Below, in pieces: positions 61,609-64,000 of a stretch of 64,000 nucleotides of DNA. Source of the stretch: Bryobacterales bacterium. GTDB taxonomy: Bacteria; Acidobacteriota; Terriglobia; Bryobacterales; UBA6623. Where the stretch lies: positions 593,375-657,374 of the forward strand of contig CBDCOA010000003.1 in the NCBI GenBank assembly GCA_965219585.1, in the 5' to 3' direction. The translations under genes and the position numbers were made by a program. Numbering within the stretch: the stretch's first letter is position 1; every line of letters begins with the position of its first letter. The notes below the pieces were generated by a model that did not search any database, had not been told where the DNA came from, and saw only the letters and a list, made by a program, of their open reading frames with translations.

Positions 61609-61860
61609 CTAGATGCAGCAGCAGCAGCGCCCGGCCGAGATAGCCTCAAGCTGCTCCTCGGCGAGGTCGGTGGCAGGCAGAGCCACGTGAACCGTCTGCA
61701 TGTCGTTCTCATGCACCTTGATGGCAACCTCGTCCGGAACTTCTACCCCTAGTTCCTCTTCGACTGCCGCCTTGGGATCCGACAACAACCTGCTGCGGAA
61801 GTCGCCATCAACGCTGGCCCTCTCTGTGAGTCGGGCGCCTAGTTCACTTACAGAATCCAT
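61609..61860 (-). CDS. NHLP (nitrile-hydratase-like leader peptide) family RiPP precursor, predicted core RCCCCI
   Basis: 83 aa: MDSVSELGARLTERASVDGDFRSRLLSDPKAAVEEELGVEVPDEVAIKVHENDMQTVHVALPATDLAEEQLEAISAG|RCCCCI. AGGAGGAA lies upstream of the ATG. The leader matches the NHLP pattern (..F...LL.DPKAA...ELGV..P..V.IKV.E......H..LP......E.L) and ends in a double-glycine-type site. Confidence 0.85.
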   Translation of the reverse strand: MDSVSELGARLTERASVDGDFRSRLLSDPKAAVEEELGVEVPDEVAIKVHENDMQTVHVALPATDLAEEQLEAISAGRCCCCI

Positions 61861-61894
61861 TTTCGTTCCTCCTGTTCCAATACGGACGCGCAGC

Positions 61895-61965
61895 TAACGG
61901 ACATACCGTTAACGTAGACACACATACGTTACACAATACTCACTCTGCTTGTCAAGAAGTGTCAA
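61895..61965 (-). promoter_or_regulatory. AT-rich putative promoter/operator region upstream of the precursor gene
   Basis: On the minus strand, two TTGACA hexamers lie 10 bp apart (61950-61955 and 61960-61965). A TAACGT -10-like hexamer sits 18 nt after the proximal one. A TAACGG-N5-CCGTTA palindrome (61895-61911) lies between it and the RBS. Confidence 0.4.
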
Positions 61966-62427
61966 GGAATCATGGAATGCCCCTCAGCGGTCGCTTCGAG
62001 GACTTCTGGGAATGCCGGTCCGAGTCAAACTGATGCCCACCTCGAATTCCAGGCGTGCACCCTGGTGTGCCCCAGGATTGCGTGACCACATGACGGTAGC
62101 GCGGGGGAGTTTCGGAACGCGGGTATCCCAGCGCGCGTCCGCTTGCTCCAGAAGGAAGCGCCCCGAACAGTCAGACGCTCCCGGATCTGGACTTCATGCA
62201 GCCCAGGCGTCTGTGGCGCGGTCTAGGTCGTCGGCCTCGAGCGCGCACTAGGGCCCATCGGGGTCTGTTCACTCAGCACCGCCTGCCGGACGCCGCCGCC
62301 GGGCGAAGTGCGCTTCGCGCAAGTGGCTCCCTCGAGCAAGGACGGTCGCAGCCAAGAGTCCCCTGCAACTGGGACTCCGACTAGCCAGCCCAGCGCCCGG
62401 GCATGGCCCGACCCGATGGCGCTTGGC

Positions 62428-63843
62428 CTAAAGTGCGGATTCGTCGGACGATCGCACATCGGACTGCAGTGGCCGCCCGATGACGCACTCGCCAACGGTG
62501 CCTTCCACGAGCGGGTCTAGTCCGGTGATGCGGGCGAACAGCGCAGAATCGCCGGCCCCAAGTCCGCATGCGGAGAGTCCGAGTTCCGTCGCCGCCAGAT
62601 AAAGGGTTTGATACAAGACACCCGTGTTGCGGAGGATGTTTCCGTATCCGATTGACCTGTACTTCCACATGACCCGCCCAAACCTCGCCGCGATAGCAAG
62701 GATGATCTGGGGATTGGCACCGTCGCCCGACGACCGCTTCGCGTCCGCAACGATCCGGGACACGTCGGCATCACTGGCAGGTATGCGCACGAGCGAATGA
62801 TGCGAGGCATCGTAGTGGTATACACCGCGCGCCAGATCGGCACAGCGGGCAACCACTGGATAGATCTCAAGCTCGTGGCACGCGCCGGCACTCGGATACG
62901 GGCGTTTGGTGATCTCAAACTGGGCTGACTGACCGGAAGAGCTGGCGACCGGAGCAACCCGGGTAGACCGCGTCCGGGCTGAGCGATCGAGCAGCGCTCC
63001 CAGTTCCTGCACTGAGACCGGACGGCTGTCGTCGAAGCGGCGCACCGAGCGACGCCTCTCCAGCACAGAGGCAAACGATTCCCTGCCCGAATCGACGGGA
63101 GCGCGGGGCAGCCTGATGCGTTCGCCCGGCCAACTCGGACGCTCTGCTGGCGGAGGATTGATCTGCCCGACGAACGGGAAGTGTGCACCCAGCAGGTCGC
63201 GATGCCAGCCCCGCCGCTGATGCGTGTGAAACAGCAGGTCGTGAAATTCCCACAGCTTCAGAGCGTCTTGGCGAGAATCACTCTCTACCTGCGCTTGTCG
63301 CAGGAACCCAGCAGCGGCAAGAGCACGCCGGACGAGAGGCGCTTCCAGCGCGCTCAAGTCGGCCACCACGAGCCTGGCCCCGCACAACGGCGATTCCACC
63401 ACCCAGGCGTTGCCGGACGGGCGCACACAGGCAAACGGTTGGAGGCGATCATCGATCGGCGGCGTCCGCGCAGCAAGCGAAGGGACATACGAAGCCCGCT
63501 GGGGCGCTATGACCGCGTACTCAGTGCCCTTCTCCACAAGCGGGTACTCGACGAACCCCGTGCGACACAGCACCCGCAGCTGTTCAAAGAACGCCATGGC
63601 ATTCCATTCACCGCCGGAGGCGACGACCGAGTCGCGGAGTTCGGCGAGCGCCGCGCCGCTGGCTATCCCATCGATGGCCGCGTCATAGTGCGAGACGTAG
63701 CCCGACAGGCGAACGATGCTTCCGTCCTCGGCCTCTATGAGTAGCGAGCGGCCGTCCTCGGACCTTCCCACCGCGCATCCAGCTCGAATGCGAAGCCGAA
63801 TCGCCGGCTCGTTCAGCAGATCCTCCAGGCCCACGGCGAACAT
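62428..63843 (-). CDS. SagB/ThcOx-family FMN-dependent dehydrogenase (nitroreductase fold) with ~220-aa N-terminal extension
   Basis: The C-terminal half matches the SagB-type pattern (LERRRSVRRF, RPYPSAGACHELEIYPVV, GVYHYD, KYRSIGYGNILRNTGVLYQTLYLAATELGLSACGLG). The N-terminal ~220 aa are unassigned. Confidence 0.8.
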   Translation of the reverse strand: MFAVGLEDLLNEPAIRLRIRAGCAVGRSEDGRSLLIEAEDGSIVRLSGYVSHYDAAIDGIASGAALAELRDSVVASGGEWNAMAFFEQLRVLCRTGFVEYPLVEKGTEYAVIAPQRASYVPSLAARTPPIDDRLQPFACVRPSGNAWVVESPLCGARLVVADLSALEAPLVRRALAAAGFLRQAQVESDSRQDALKLWEFHDLLFHTHQRRGWHRDLLGAHFPFVGQINPPPAERPSWPGERIRLPRAPVDSGRESFASVLERRRSVRRFDDSRPVSVQELGALLDRSARTRSTRVAPVASSSGQSAQFEITKRPYPSAGACHELEIYPVVARCADLARGVYHYDASHHSLVRIPASDADVSRIVADAKRSSGDGANPQIILAIAARFGRVMWKYRSIGYGNILRNTGVLYQTLYLAATELGLSACGLGAGDSALFARITGLDPLVEGTVGECVIGRPLQSDVRSSDESAL

Positions 63844-64000
63844 CTCCCGCTCAGTCTTGGAAGGTCGTGCCCCTTGAACTCACAAACGAGCCTCGGCCCC
63901 CGGCTGCGTATAGCTGGGCACCCCCGGTCAGGTACCGGCTCATAGCTCCTAGCTGGGGTTGGAACCAGTCGAGGACACCTCAGAGCAGGGGCCACGATGA

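Noticed and set aside
61984-62091. 35-aa minus-strand ORF in the spacer upstream of the precursor, considered as a second precursor
   Set aside because: It has no RBS, no NHLP-like leader and no Cys-rich tail (MWSRNPGAHQGARLEFEVGISLTRTGIPRSPRSDR).
63813-63995. 60-aa minus-strand ORF overlapping the dehydrogenase start
   Set aside because: Its composition is implausible and it overlaps the sagB-like start. A different frame, which stays open to the window edge and stops at 63949-63951, is the more likely end of an upstream gene. That gene is too short in the window to identify.

Overview
GC-rich bacterial chromosomal segment. The lineage cannot be fixed from sequence alone. The gene content (a CarboxypepD_reg-type TonB-dependent receptor, six sulfatases, RND pumps) resembles Acidobacteriota or Planctomycetota.

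Ordinary content:
- tRNA-Arg(CCT)
- a TonB-dependent receptor
- a Cu/Ag P-type ATPase
- six formylglycine-type sulfatases
- rplU-rpmA
- a GT-C/GT2 glycosyltransferase pair
- an MFP plus two tandem RND permeases
- an M81 peptidase, a fused esterase and a CBM9/DUF5916 protein
- a P450
- a membrane MutS-related ATPase and an SRAP peptidase
- mazEF, and hicB with a nonsense-mutated hicA

Four insertion sequences are present, and I could define three to the base:
- an ISKra4-like element with a 9-bp target duplication and an A9 frameshift site
- an ISAs1-like element with 10-12 bp duplicated flanks
- an IS110-family element
- an IS4/Tn5-like element whose ends I could not resolve

Both the IS4-like and the ISAs1-like transposases carry the same N-terminal DUF4338 (DruA-like) domain.

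The most interesting locus is at 52.4-64 kb on the minus strand. It is a nitrile-hydratase-leader-peptide (NHLP) type RiPP cluster containing:
- a SagB/ThcOx-like dehydrogenase
- an 83-aa precursor whose predicted core is only RCCCCI, with the four Cys encoded by a (TGC)4 repeat
- an HlyD adaptor
- a C39-peptidase ABC exporter split cleanly by the IS110 element
- a second ABC exporter
- a convergent, cytoplasmic prenyltransferase/terpene-cyclase-repeat protein

No cyclodehydratase is visible inside the window. All functional calls rest on motif and family recognition by eye; no searches were run.
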